Sequence record: MT500539.1
Length of the DNA: 49,209 nucleotides
Direction: 5' to 3' (one strand)
Source of the DNA: Salmonella virus STSR3
The translations under genes were made by a program, and so were the position numbers. Below are positions 20,653-30,335 of this stretch, in pieces. Under the pieces are notes generated by a model that saw nothing but the letters and a program-made list of their open reading frames with translations, searched no databases and had not been told where the DNA came from. The first letter of the stretch is position 1; every line of letters starts with the position of its first letter.

Positions 20653-20700
20653 CATAATAACAAACCCGCCGAAGCGGGTTTTAACATTTTGTGCTATTTT
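20653..20700 (-). promoter_or_regulatory. Dispersed element (AATAGCACAAAATGTTAAAA) + hairpin CCCGC-TTCG-GCGGG + TATTAT at N22
   Basis: Element = reverse complement of 20681-20700; hairpin 20666-20681. Confidence 0.7.
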
Positions 20701-21329
20701 GAACGCCTTAACTCAATCAACCACTTTAAAACAATTCTCCGTGTCTCTTTCCAATCCTCATCACTGAAATCATCGTATACAGGTTCAAGGTTTTATAGTC
20801 TGGTGGTTCGTACCGCTCAGGATCAGGAAGATTTTTAAAACTTTCTTCCTCTTTGCCGACTTCCGCTTTTCTCTACCTTTACCCATAAGGCCACCTTAGA
20901 ATTTTCTTACGTGGATTAATAACTCTCCAGTTTCACGATCTGTTAATTGGTGTTCATCATCACCAAATGCCCTCATGTCACTGTAAAGCAGAATCAAAAG
21001 CGCGTACATAAATTCATCATGAGAAATTGCCGTTGCTGAACTTTCTTTCAAAATAAGATCGATCAAATGCTGGCTTTTCGAATAATTCATTGTCTGACAT
21101 TTCCCTTTGCTCGCTTCTTCGTTTTGTCGCCTTCAAGACTGTATAGCTCGAAATTAAATGGCCTACGCATTGCGCCGCGACTCCAGTATTTTCCTTTTAC
21201 GCCGTCGATATATTTAGCGCTCATCGTGCGAGCCAAAAACTCTTTACTAACACTTGATGCAAAATAGCGGGGCGAAACCCCGCATTACTTGCAAGGCGAA
21301 CACATTCACGATGTTTAAAACATATTTTG

Positions 21330-23130
21330 CTACACGGCGGTTGAATGATTCGCGTGCACAAAACCGATACAGATCCAGAAGAAACATTTGCCCCCATTAA
21401 GCAAGGATTGATGTAAATGAATTTTCCAACGTTGCAAACATAATGACGATCTTCAAGCATTGGAATTAATTTTTCCTCAATCCGTTTCATCACTCCAGCC
21501 TGACCAACAAACGGCCTAACCTTTCTCGCACTTTCATAAATTGCTCGTGAGTTTGTGATCCCTTTATTCTGTTTTGCCAGCTTAATGATAATTTCGATAA
21601 GCTTTGACATTTCCGCCTCATCGCCAGCATATCCAGATGCGTTTGCGGCGTTAATATATGTCTTGCTAAGTTCTCCGAAAATAACTAGTGCTTCCTGCAT
21701 TGTCTCCATTTCAATTTCACGGCTTTTTGTTGGTGTGCCTTCCTCATTAAACCAGTTACGGATCACATGTAATACTGATGCGATACGGATCACTTGCTTA
21801 TCCATTTTACCCAAAGCACCGCGCAACATTGTGTGAGAATATTTTCCGCCGTCTGCTAAATCTGGCTCTAATTCTTGTCGTGCTATATTCAACACTCGCA
21901 TTGCGCCTCTTGACGGTTTCAATACAACGCTTTCTTCTGTCATGATGTTATGAACCAACTGGAAATATTGCGCCTTTAATGTCTTATCAACTGGCGTATA
22001 TTCAAGATCACCATCATCATTAACAAACTTACGCTTTCCGGAATGTTTGCTCACGCACCAGTAAAAACGTTCACTAACACCTATACCACGTGCACCAGCA
22101 TCCATGATCCCACTTATCGTTTCATCACGGGCGATTACGCTCATGCATCCAAGCGCAACAAAACTCATATTGTTTTCAGAGTTTGCGCGAGCGATAGAAA
22201 CGTGTCCGCTATCCCGTGCTTTTAGCACTAATTCGCTGTTGTTCTTGCGATCGCTGTTTGCATACGTCAACCCTAACAGGCTGTTGATACTGGTTGCCTC
22301 ATCGGAAATAACAGCAAAGTTCCCGGCGGTTGATAATCTTTGCTAACCCTTCCGGCGTGGTAGCAGATACCGGAAACACGATATCGCAAAGCTTTTCGCT
22401 TTTCCTCTAACTCATCGCGAGATTCAAGAAGCGCGGTTAACTCAGTGCCTGAACGCTCGCCTTTCAATTCCTTCTGGAGACCTTCAAGTTGAGCCACCTT
22501 TTTCGCTCTTTCTTGCGTTGCTCGTTGATGCGCTCAACTTCACAGACCATAGGCGCAATTGCAAGAGAGTTGATTGCTGATTTACCTGTTGATGGCGGCT
22601 GACTGGTTACAACATAAAGCGCTGTTGGCTGTTCCGTTCCGTGATACTCAACAGAAAATCGACCGCACATTGCAGCAGACACACAACCGATGAAATGTAG
22701 GTATGCCGATGCCTCTGGAAACTGTACGGAATTTGCGATACTTCTTGCCAGCTTACCGACAACATCAAAATCGTTACCCAGCGAAATGACAGGATATCGA
22801 TCGTTAGCGCCGCCAATGTCTTTAACTGGTTCCCAAAAGCTGGACGCCCGGCGGTATCCGTTTGCCTGTATAGCAACGCGAGGTGAGATATTTTGTGATT
22901 CAGCGGTAGCGATAATTTCTTGTGGTGGGAATTTGTTTGTGTCGAAATCGAACGTTGATTACTCCTTTCTGATGCCGCTAATAACGGCATCATGTTACCA
23001 ACTTTTAGCAATTCGTGTTTGATCCGCTCGACGCGAGCCAACAAATGACCGTCAATTATGCTTTTCGCTTCAAGCGTCACAGCGTCAAACTCAAGCGATT
23101 TGTGGAATGAGTGACCAATCAGCAGCGTGG
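21330..23130 (-). CDS. DUF3987/YfjI-like replication-associated protein with Walker A-like segment, frameshifted
   Basis: ALYVVTSQPPSTGKSAINSLAIAPMVCEVERINEQRKK...; MTYANSDRKNNSELVLKARDSGHVSIARANSENNMSFVALGCMSVIARDETISGIMDAGARGIGVSERFYWCV. Confidence 0.7.
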
Positions 23131-23239
23131 CGTGCGGATCCTTCACCAAATAAACCACGTCGCCGGGCTTCATTGTGCTGATGTCGAACGTGCAACGGAA
23201 TGCATTTTTGAGCATGGTTTGCGGCTGCGCCTAATCTTT

Positions 23240-23625
23240 TCTGGTAGTAACATGAATATTTCGCCTCGAACAGATACGCGCCACCAGCGGCAGAAAATCC
23301 AACTTCCTCGCGATAAAGCGTAAAGCGATCGCCGTGTTCATCGAACACATAACCAGCAACAGCGCGGAACACACGTCCTTGTTCGATCTGGTATCGTTTG
23401 TCAGCCTTAAATGTTTTCTTGATCTGCATGGAGTGATCCCAAGTGCATTTGATCGTCTTTGTCTTGATTTCGCGGTAGTCGTGGATATCCGCATCTTGCC
23501 ACTTGCTACCCTTTGCAAGTTCGCGCGGAATTTTTCCAACTGGATCACGCCTTCACCACCACGGATCGGACAAAGGAAATCTTTATAGCGGCCTTTCATC
23601 AGTTTGTTGTCAGAGTTGCGAATAA
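23240..23625 (-). CDS. Hypothetical protein, frameshifted
   Basis: MKGRYKDFLCPIRGGEGVIQLEKFRANLQRVASGK...MQIKKTFKADKR... across overlapping minus ORFs. Confidence 0.4.
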
Positions 23626-23630
23626 CTTTC

Positions 23631-23822
23631 TTATTTCTCCACAATTTCAAATTTAGCAACAGCGCCGTAACACGTATCCATTACAAGATTTTTGTCTAAC
23701 TGGATCTTTGCACTTCCATATTTAACCCACACGTTACCGTTATCATCAATCCACCCTTTGTGGTAATCAACAGTATAACTATTTGCGCGGCTGGCTACGC
23801 ACTTCAATTTGATTTGTTTCAT
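23631..23822 (-). CDS. Hypothetical protein
   Basis: MKQIKLKCVASRANSYTVDYHKGWIDDNGNVWVKYGSAKIQLDKNLVMDTCYGAVAKFEIVEK. Confidence 0.6.
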   Translation of the reverse strand: MKQIKLKCVASRANSYTVDYHKGWIDDNGNVWVKYGSAKIQLDKNLVMDTCYGAVAKFEIVEK

Positions 23823-23834
23823 TGATTCCTCCTG

Positions 23835-23887
23835 TTGGCTGTAATGTAACAAACCCGCCGAAGCGGGTTTTAACATTTTGTGCTATT
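23835..23887 (-). promoter_or_regulatory. Dispersed element (AATAGCACAAAATGTTAAAA) + hairpin CCCGC-TTCG-GCGGG + TACATT at N22
   Basis: Second near-identical copy of the 20653-20700 module. Confidence 0.7.
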
Positions 23888-23889
23888 TC

Positions 23890-24537
23890 TGATTTGCAAT
23901 GCAGACAGCCGGGCGAAGCCGCGAGGGTGAGAGAGCGGATAAGCTTTGTACGCTTAGACTTGCCGCCTAGCTTTTGCCAGCACGGATTAGCGTTACCTGT
24001 TGGCAACACTGACTTAATATCAGGCATAACAAAACCGTTACCAGTCCAAAGACAGGTTTTCTTTGTGTATGCGTCACGCGCCGGAATGATATCTGGAAAA
24101 TGAGGATGTTTATCATCTTCTGGCAAGTACCCACCAAACGCGCAAGGGTGAAAAGTGAAATCAGGTTTACGCCACATCGTCGATAGTACGCTGATCGGAT
24201 TCTCGATCATATATGGAACGTTGAACCAGTCGCCCAACTCCTGAGCAATTCTTGCAGTTTCCATAGCCTTGATCTGAAATTCAGGATCACGAGCACGCTT
24301 TGCCGCAAAGTGACGCGAGCCGCTAACAGCCGTGTCAGTGCATGGAGGGAAGGCGATAATAAAATCAGGATTGCCCCACTCAAGACTTATAGCCCTGACG
24401 GTAAACTTGCCATCAATCCAGACATTGACATACTCAATGTTGGGATGAGTTACGCGCACCTTGCTATAGTCGCCATGATCCGCATCGTCATAGTTGAAAC
24501 AGATCACTTTGTGACCACGTTCAGCCCACGGCATGCA
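23890..24537 (-). CDS. DNA cytosine methyltransferase-like phage protein (function uncertain), frameshifted near 3' end
   Basis: NPDFIIAFPPCTDTAVSGSRHFAAKR...MIENPISVLSTMWRKPDFTFHPCAFGGYLPEDDKHPHFPDIIPARDAYTKKTCLWTGNGF: PPCT and ENP motifs. Confidence 0.65.
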
Positions 24538-24597
24538 TCATAACCGGAGCCAGAAAGAGAGAAAAATTAACATGCTAAATCCTTACTGTAACGCGTT

Positions 24598-25038
24598 TTA
24601 AGGCGATTTGGTATTAGGCAATGGATTGCATAGCCAAGTTGTAAAAGGCCGCAGCGAGCGCCGCAGCCACGTAATTGAACGGGAAACATCTTGGACAATT
24701 CGGGTCGAAGTCACAGCCGCAATCATTAACGATTGTTGTCGGATCTGCAAAAATAGCGCCGCATTCTTGCTCATAGTTGCAATCTCCAAGCGCTTCCTCC
24801 AGCGTCATTTCAAGATAGGCAACCTTTAGCGCATATTCGCTGTGGAATCCCGCCTCCTCCGCACGGTACAGTCGAGCATAAAACGGATCGTGTCCATTGG
24901 TGATCTTGCTTGCATCGCCTCAACGATTTCAGCCGGAAGGCTTTTAACTTTGCGCAACTTATCCAGCGCTCCGATAATAAAGTGATCATCACGAACGGTA
25001 ACAGTAACGGTCACACCATCGATCACAACTTTAAACAT
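24598..25038 (-). CDS. Hypothetical protein, frameshifted
   Basis: MFKVVIDGVTVTVTVRDDHFIIGALDKLRKVKSLPAEIVEAMQARSPMDTIRFMLD... / ...GFHSEYALKVAYLKMTLEEALGDC... Confidence 0.5.
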
Positions 25039-25195
25039 TTACAACTCCTTAGCATTTCACGGTTTTAGATTTCACAGCGATGAAAGGGAACCCTGACATG
25101 TCAGCAGGTCGCAACCCTGTACGCACCCAATCGCCTCTACTCGATAACCTTACTACTCGCCTGCCTGTATGGTCAATGCGGAAATAATCCCTGTT

Positions 25196-25629
25196 TTACA
25201 CTTCTGAAATAGGTGATAATTTCACCTCATGAAACAAAATGAAATCCTGAACGTATGCACATTCTTTCGGTGACTCACGGCCTTTCAGCACTTCACAACC
25301 GTTATTCATCAGGTGGCAAGCACGGCACAAGTTGCCGCCGCAATTGGTTTCGACTATTGATAAGCCGTTGCAAGCACCGCCGCCGAAACGATGCGGAAAA
25401 TCGTAAGCGCTACAACGGCAAGTGACTTGCTTTCGCACTCGCTTTCCATTACATCAACAGGTTCAAGGCGTTGTAACTTCACTTTGAAATCCTCCATGAA
25501 CATCTTGCGATTTAACAGATCTTCATATGTTGATGTTGCCGGGCTTGCGCGGTCACCAGTGTAGCAGTTGACGATTTTTCCTGTTGCGCGACTAATCGCG
25601 ATCACTCTGTATACCGAGTTCATTTTATC
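25196..25629 (-). CDS. Hypothetical protein(s) with cysteine-rich putative zinc-binding region, frameshifted
   Basis: MNSVYRVIAISRATGKIVNCYTGDRAS... and CRCSAYDFPHRFGGGACNG...CGGNLCRACHLMNNGCEVLKG. Confidence 0.45.
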
Positions 25630-25895
25630 CACTCTCCACTAACAATGAAGTCTGTAAAGTCGTCTTGATCCAGAATTGAATATCCGCCAGTGCAATAATT
25701 TTTCTGTACGTTGTATCGGCGCATAGCAACATAATCATCCTTACGGTCATGCATCCAACACATGAAGCGAGCGTTGCGCGATGCCACGTTTCCGGCGTAA
25801 GCCTCTTTGAATCCGGTGCGCAATGAACGCCACAAAGCGGATCTGTAAGCGGGGTTTTCGATGTTCGTTTTCTCTACCAGTTCTCGGAATGTCAT
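25620..25895 (-). CDS. Hypothetical protein
   Basis: Intact MTFRELVEKTNIENPAYRSALWRSLRTGFKEAYAGNVASRNARFMCWMHDRKDDYVAMRRYNVQKNYCTGG..., RBS GGAG upstream. Confidence 0.7.
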   Translation of the reverse strand: MTFRELVEKTNIENPAYRSALWRSLRTGFKEAYAGNVASRNARFMCWMHDRKDDYVAMRRYNVQKNYCTGGYSILDQDDFTDFIVSGEWIK

Positions 25896-25930
25896 TTTAG
25901 TGTCTCCAGTTCGTTTCGTTGAAATCATTA

Positions 25931-25971
25931 TGCCCTGATTGGTTATTTCTGTTTTAGCAATTCGTGCTATT
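25931..25971 (-). promoter_or_regulatory. Dispersed element (AATAGCACGAATTGCTAAAA) with CATAAT at N22
   Basis: Reverse complement of 25952-25971; CATAAT then ...TTCAACGAAACGAA leader. Confidence 0.75.
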
Positions 25972-26048
25972 TGGTCACGGAAATCCAGAAAATTATTATT
26001 GCAAGCCCCGTGATAACGAGGCCGATTGTGTCTGTTGCGTTAGCCATA

Positions 26049-26258
26049 TCAAATGTCGCTCATGTGAGAGTAAACACGCACCTTATTATCTGCGTCGATG
26101 TTCATTTCAGTGGAACGCTTGATCGCATCGAAGAATCGCTCTTGCGTTACACGTACCCAGCGGCCTTTGCCTTCTTCACGCTTGACCACGTTGAAGTATT
26201 GCCAGATGTAGAAGTGAGTGTGGTTAAAGTTAACTTTTGCGTCGATGATGCGTTTCAT
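26049..26258 (-). CDS. Hypothetical protein
   Basis: Intact 69 aa ORF MKRIIDAKVNFNHTHFYIWQYFNVVKREEGKGRWVRVTQERFFDAIKRSTEMNIDADNKVRVYSHMSDI. Confidence 0.7.
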   Translation of the reverse strand: MKRIIDAKVNFNHTHFYIWQYFNVVKREEGKGRWVRVTQERFFDAIKRSTEMNIDADNKVRVYSHMSDI

Positions 26259-26290
26259 GATGATTTCCTCTAATTCGTTTCGTTGAATGC

Positions 26291-26334
26291 ATTATCGCTG
26301 ATTGGTTCGATGGAGTTTTAACAAAAGTGCTATT
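26291..26334 (-). promoter_or_regulatory. Dispersed element (AATAGCACTTTTGTTAAAA) with GATAAT at N22
   Basis: Reverse complement of 26316-26334; GATAAT, then TGCATTCAACGAAACGAA leader. Confidence 0.75.
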
Positions 26335-26739
26335 TCTCCGATCGAATGACAAAAGGTTATTCCGTACAATTCCGGCCATTAACAGGTTATTCCTATTATT
26401 CCAGACTCGATGGAATAACGAGAATAATCATGATGCTGCCTACGTTTTAATCAATCGTGCTCATTCGTGTCCGTTTTGTCCGGTTTTGAGCATTTTCGAT
26501 TGATGTTGATTGTTTTGTGTAGAGCAATAAAAAGGACTGTTGCGCCAGATGGAAAAATAAATTTCCCGCAAAACCCAACTCATCCGACCACATGCCGAAA
26601 TCCGCGCACGGAGACCGATCAGAGTGGTTCGTCGCTTTCGTCTGGCCTTTTGCCCGGTGTGCGCGTCGTGCTCCTGTTGTCTTTTGTTCCACGCTGTTCC
26701 CTGATTTAAGCCTCCGCACTTTTGCTATACGCATTTGGC

Positions 26740-27010
26740 GTTTACGAACAAAAGAACATTAAATATCTATATATAACACATTGAAAAGTAATATATTTAT
26801 TTATATATAGATATAAATGTTTTTCTTGTATAGCGTGTTTCATGGGTATTTGGATACCACGCTATATATTGCGAAATTTTTATATATATCTGCTTTCCGC
26901 AAGGTATATATAGATATATGGGTATACGGCGCATCAGGCGCAGATTCAGAAAACGCGATGTAGCACATTGATTTGCAAAGACAAAAACACGGCATCGCGT
27001 ATCAAACAAC
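26740..27010. other. AT-rich non-coding region with multiple dyads
   Basis: Repeated TATATAGATATA tracts; TAGCGT...GGTAT-ttgg-ATACC-ACGCTA at 26831-26864; ACGCGATG...CATCGCGT at about 26951-27002. Confidence 0.55.
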
Positions 27011-27110
27011 ATAAAATCCTGCATGATACGTAAGAACAACATTTTAAACTTTGACGCTACGGTAAGCGCATTAGAATGCAATCACAGACAAACGATAGGA
27101 GAAAAATCTA

Positions 27111-27580
27111 TGGAAAACATGACGTTTAACGACAAATTGCGAGAAGCGGCTAAAGCCACGGCGTCAGGCGAACAGGACAAGATCATAATGACGGCTCGCT
27201 TCCTTGAACATGAGTTTGAGGGAAAGAAGTGCGCAACTAACCCTTCCTCATACGTGAGAACCACGATGAACCGCGTTCCAGAAGTTAAGGAGGTCGGGAC
27301 AATCAAGATCAAGAAATCAACCTGCGATGATGTTGATAGCGACCATTTCGGAATTGAAATCTATACGATCACGATCTCAAAAGAGAAGCGCAAACAGGTT
27401 TTCACAAAGGAGGATGTGACGCGAGTCAAGCGACAGGCAGAAGCAAAGGTTGCGGAAAAGTTTCTGATGGTGTCGCCAAACCTTGCAAACTACGCGCCGG
27501 AAGAATATGCGACCATCGCGAAGGTGATGAAAGAAATTCACGATATTGTTAAGGCACAATTTTTAAGCGAGGAAGAATAA
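27111..27580 (+). CDS. Hypothetical early protein
   Basis: Intact MENMTFNDKLREAAKATASGEQDKIIMTARFLEHEFEGKKCATNPSSYVRTTMNRVPEVKEVGTIKIKK...; RBS TAGGAG. Confidence 0.8.
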
Positions 27581-27581
27581 A

Positions 27582-27827
27582 ATGGAACAATACGATCTGG
27601 AAGCATTACTCCGAGACTTTGACAGTGGCGAGGCATCAGGGCTAAACGTGGTTCATGAAATCAACACGGATGATATTGAAATGACAGAAAAGGATTTCAC
27701 AACACTGTTGATTCTTGCAGCCGCAACGCTAACAGGTGAGCAAGATAAAGAAATCAAATGCCTGACATGGCTCGATGGCGCTGTTTGCCGATTTGCTTTG
27801 GAGGGTCCATCAAATCAAAAAGCATGA
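27582..27827 (+). CDS. Hypothetical early protein
   Basis: MEQYDLEALLRDFDSGEASGLNVVHEINTDDIEMTEKDFTTLLILAAATLTGEQDKEIKCLTWLDGAV... Confidence 0.65.
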   Translation: MEQYDLEALLRDFDSGEASGLNVVHEINTDDIEMTEKDFTTLLILAAATLTGEQDKEIKCLTWLDGAVCRFALEGPSNQKA

Positions 27828-27986
27828 GTGGAAAGCACACGTGGTTATCCTTCCGAGCTATTGCCCCATGGCGATATTCATCACGCGATCCGCCGCTCTT
27901 GCGTATGCCGAAAAGCAATATGGAGCATGGAGAGCTAAGGGTATTCGGGTTCAGGTTGCCACTGAAAAAGATTGGGAGTGCATTAA

Positions 27987-28235
27987 ATGAACATGATTTG
28001 CAAAGCGTCGTGCTCTGATTGGTTCACTGCTGGGCGGGTTTATCCAGCCGCTATGGAAAACCCGACTTTCATGATTTCCGCAATCTCGGGTGATGATATG
28101 GTTAGCGATCTGACAGTAACGGGATCTCACTGGATTGTTCCAATTGACGGATATAAAACGCTGTCTTTCACTATTTGCGGCGTTGCATCTTTCATTCCCG
28201 GCTTATTCCGGTTAGGTTTAAAGGGCTGGAAATAG
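27987..28235 (+). CDS. Hypothetical early protein
   Basis: MNMICKASCSDWFTAGRVYPAAMENPTFMISAISGDDMVSDLTVTGSHWIVPIDGYKTLSF... Confidence 0.6.
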   Translation: MNMICKASCSDWFTAGRVYPAAMENPTFMISAISGDDMVSDLTVTGSHWIVPIDGYKTLSFTICGVASFIPGLFRLGLKGWK

Positions 28236-28410
28236 CCGATAACATTAGGACGGCGGCGGCGTCTGGTCGATTGTTCTTGCGCAAGTCGTCTCAAAATATC
28301 GCAATCAGGATGTTTAACGATAAGTTCATCAACGACACGGGGCGCGAAATGACGATGAGCGAAATGTGTTGGCATAACTATAAAGGCCGCTTGGCACGGT
28401 GGGGTGATAT

Positions 28411-28515
28411 GACTAAGTTTCTTGATTATGCGTTGGGTACTCTGATTTTCGCACTGGCTGGCTGTCTTATCACGCTGATGTGCGCAATGATTCTTGAAGT
28501 TGTAAAACACCTAAT
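28411..28515 (+). CDS. Small membrane protein
   Basis: MTKFLDYALGTLIFALAGCLITLMCAMILEVVK..., strongly hydrophobic; alternate-frame stop just before the dispersed element. Confidence 0.45.
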
Positions 28516-28560
28516 AGCACTTTTGTTAAAACTCGATCGGTGGGTGTTGGCATACACCCA
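28513..28560 (+). promoter_or_regulatory. Dispersed element (AATAGCACTTTTGTTAAAAC) with CATACA at N22, inside hairpin TGGGTGT/ACACCCA
   Basis: Element 28513-28532; hairpin 28541-28560. Confidence 0.65.
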
Positions 28561-28593
28561 TCGAAAAGAAACGAGGAAAGCAAAATGGTCACT

Positions 28594-28733
28594 CTTACTT
28601 GGGAACACGGAAGCAGCCAGCCGGAAACGCGTGAATTTGAAACTGCGGCTTGCTACAACCGGCGGCCGGCGGTTTCTACAAAGCACAAATCGTAAACGAA
28701 TTCGGGGTTGTTGAGTATGAGTTTAAAGGTTAA
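28594..28733 (+). CDS. Small early protein MVTLTWEHGSSQPETREFETAACYN...
   Basis: RBS GAGGAAAG and ATG after the dispersed element; frameshifted 3' part; start approximate. Confidence 0.4.
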
Positions 28734-28905
28734 TACATGTTACATGAGCCGTTACAGTGGGCGCGAGTTCAAATGGGACGGCGAACAGGTTTGGACTCGA
28801 CTACCGGCGATATCTGGCGGCTGGCGGCTGGTTGGCCTCAACCGCAGATGAGTAAGCGAGATCTTGAATACTACGTTAACAATGGCGAATTCGTGGAGGC
28901 TGACA

Positions 28906-29091
28906 ATGACTGTTCAAACACTGCATCACGACACACACGGCGACACTATAGCTATTTATCGCGGCGAGACAAGCAATCTTGTTTTCATTGATGGCCTATT
29001 CGATGATTCTGATGTTGCTTTTCGTGGAATATACAGGGCGCAAGATGCAAGAGCGATCGCTAAGCGCCTGAATGACCGGCGGATATCATAG
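28906..29091 (+). CDS. Hypothetical early protein
   Basis: MTVQTLHHDTHGDTIAIYRGETSNLVFIDGLFDDSDVAFRGIYRAQDARAIAKRLNDRRIS. Confidence 0.65.
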   Translation: MTVQTLHHDTHGDTIAIYRGETSNLVFIDGLFDDSDVAFRGIYRAQDARAIAKRLNDRRIS

Positions 29092-29758
29092 AGGGTAAAT
29101 AATGATCGAGTTTCACGGATGCAAGTTGCCGGATAACACTGTCAAGGCCGTACCGCAACCGTTCCGGCGTGTACTTCATGACTGATGATAGTCAGCACTG
29201 GTTCACGAATGAAATGCACAAAACAGGCTTGAAGGTTGGCGAGCGCGGTTATTACGCCGGATCTAACTTGCGAGTCAGCGAAGAAAAATACTTTAAGGAG
29301 ATCACAGAATGAAGCACGGTATGTACTGCAACACGACATGATGGCGATTGCGGCCTGAATCACATTGGCGAATACGGACAATACCTGTTTTGCAAGAAAC
29401 CGGAAACTAACAGAGAGTGGGGATATAAGCCAACGGATATCGAAATAAATAATGACGATCTGCCTTGCTATATCATGAAACGGATCGCAAAGAACAAGTA
29501 TTCAGCCTATGGCGACTCATCAGTTTACACTGCGATCCCAATGCGCAAGAAGCTAATAAACGCTTTCCGGAGTGCGCGATCACATACGGTTGGATGAGCA
29601 AGCGCCGGCGCGGAAGTGGGCGCGGTGTATCGCAGGTTGTTATTTTGGGAAGGATGGAAAGGCGATTCCTGAAATGATCGAAACATTCTCTGATTGGTAC
29701 AATGGCGATTATAGCGGGCCAGCTTTGATGATTTCGCAATGGAAATCAGCTATTGGTA

Positions 29759-29808
29759 AATCGCACGAAAAGCTAAAACACGATCGCGGGGTTATCGTAT
29801 GATAGCCC
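29759..29808 (+). promoter_or_regulatory. Dispersed element (AATCGCACGAAAAGCTAAAAC) with TATGAT exactly at N22, within a hairpin
   Basis: Element 29759-29779; TATGAT 29798-29803; hairpin GGGTTATC-gtat-GATAGCCC. Confidence 0.7.
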
Positions 29809-29833
29809 CACACAAACAACGAGAGGCAAGAAT

Positions 29834-30333
29834 ATGAAAAGCGTTAAAGTCAGACTCCTGAATGATGGAGGCTACCCATTTAAAGCTGAACATAACCGCA
29901 CTTTTCCTGTCATCGTAAATGGTTACATTGGTGATGGATATCACGGACTTGTGCAAGTCTGTTATGATGATTGCAAGGCGATCGGCATGTACCCAACAGA
30001 GGGCAAGATTACCCATTCTACCGGCACAGAAGCGGAGATTGTGAATGCTATATCATTCGTGTTGTACCAGAACAAATGCCAGTTGGGGCAACGTTGCATT
30101 ATGTTCAGCGTGAAGATGGCGAGTGGGAAGAGCAATTCAAGCCGCGCCGCATTGAAGTACACGACGATATTATTTGTCTGCTATCTGGTTACTCAGGATT
30201 CAGCACAAAGGCGCTAAACTACTCCGCAGAGATAAACATCAAGCGCGGGACAAAAATCAAATACAGCACGAATTGCAACAGCCCGGCGCGGTTGCTATAT
30301 AGTAACCGCACACCAACGAACGAAGGGAAATAA
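29834..30333 (+). CDS. Hypothetical early protein, frameshifted
   Basis: MKSVKVRLLNDGGYPFKAEHNRTFPVIVNGYIGDGYHGLVQV... then YVQREDGEWEEQFKPRRIEVHDDII. Confidence 0.55.
30263..30310 (+). promoter_or_regulatory. Dispersed element variant (ACAGCACGAATTGCAACAG) with TATAGT at N19, in hairpin GCGGTT/AACCGC
   Basis: Located immediately upstream of the 30336 gene. Confidence 0.5.
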
Positions 30334-30335
30334 AA

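Noticed and set aside
24538-24600. TTTAGCATGTTAA upstream of the cytosine-methylase-like gene as an element copy
   Set aside because: Central part missing and no -10 at the expected spacing.
26467-27081. ORFs 26467-26709 (+), 26447-26734 (-) and 26797-27081 (-) as genes
   Set aside because: No convincing RBS, overlapping opposite-strand frames and low-complexity or AT-tract translation; region is better explained as non-coding control DNA.
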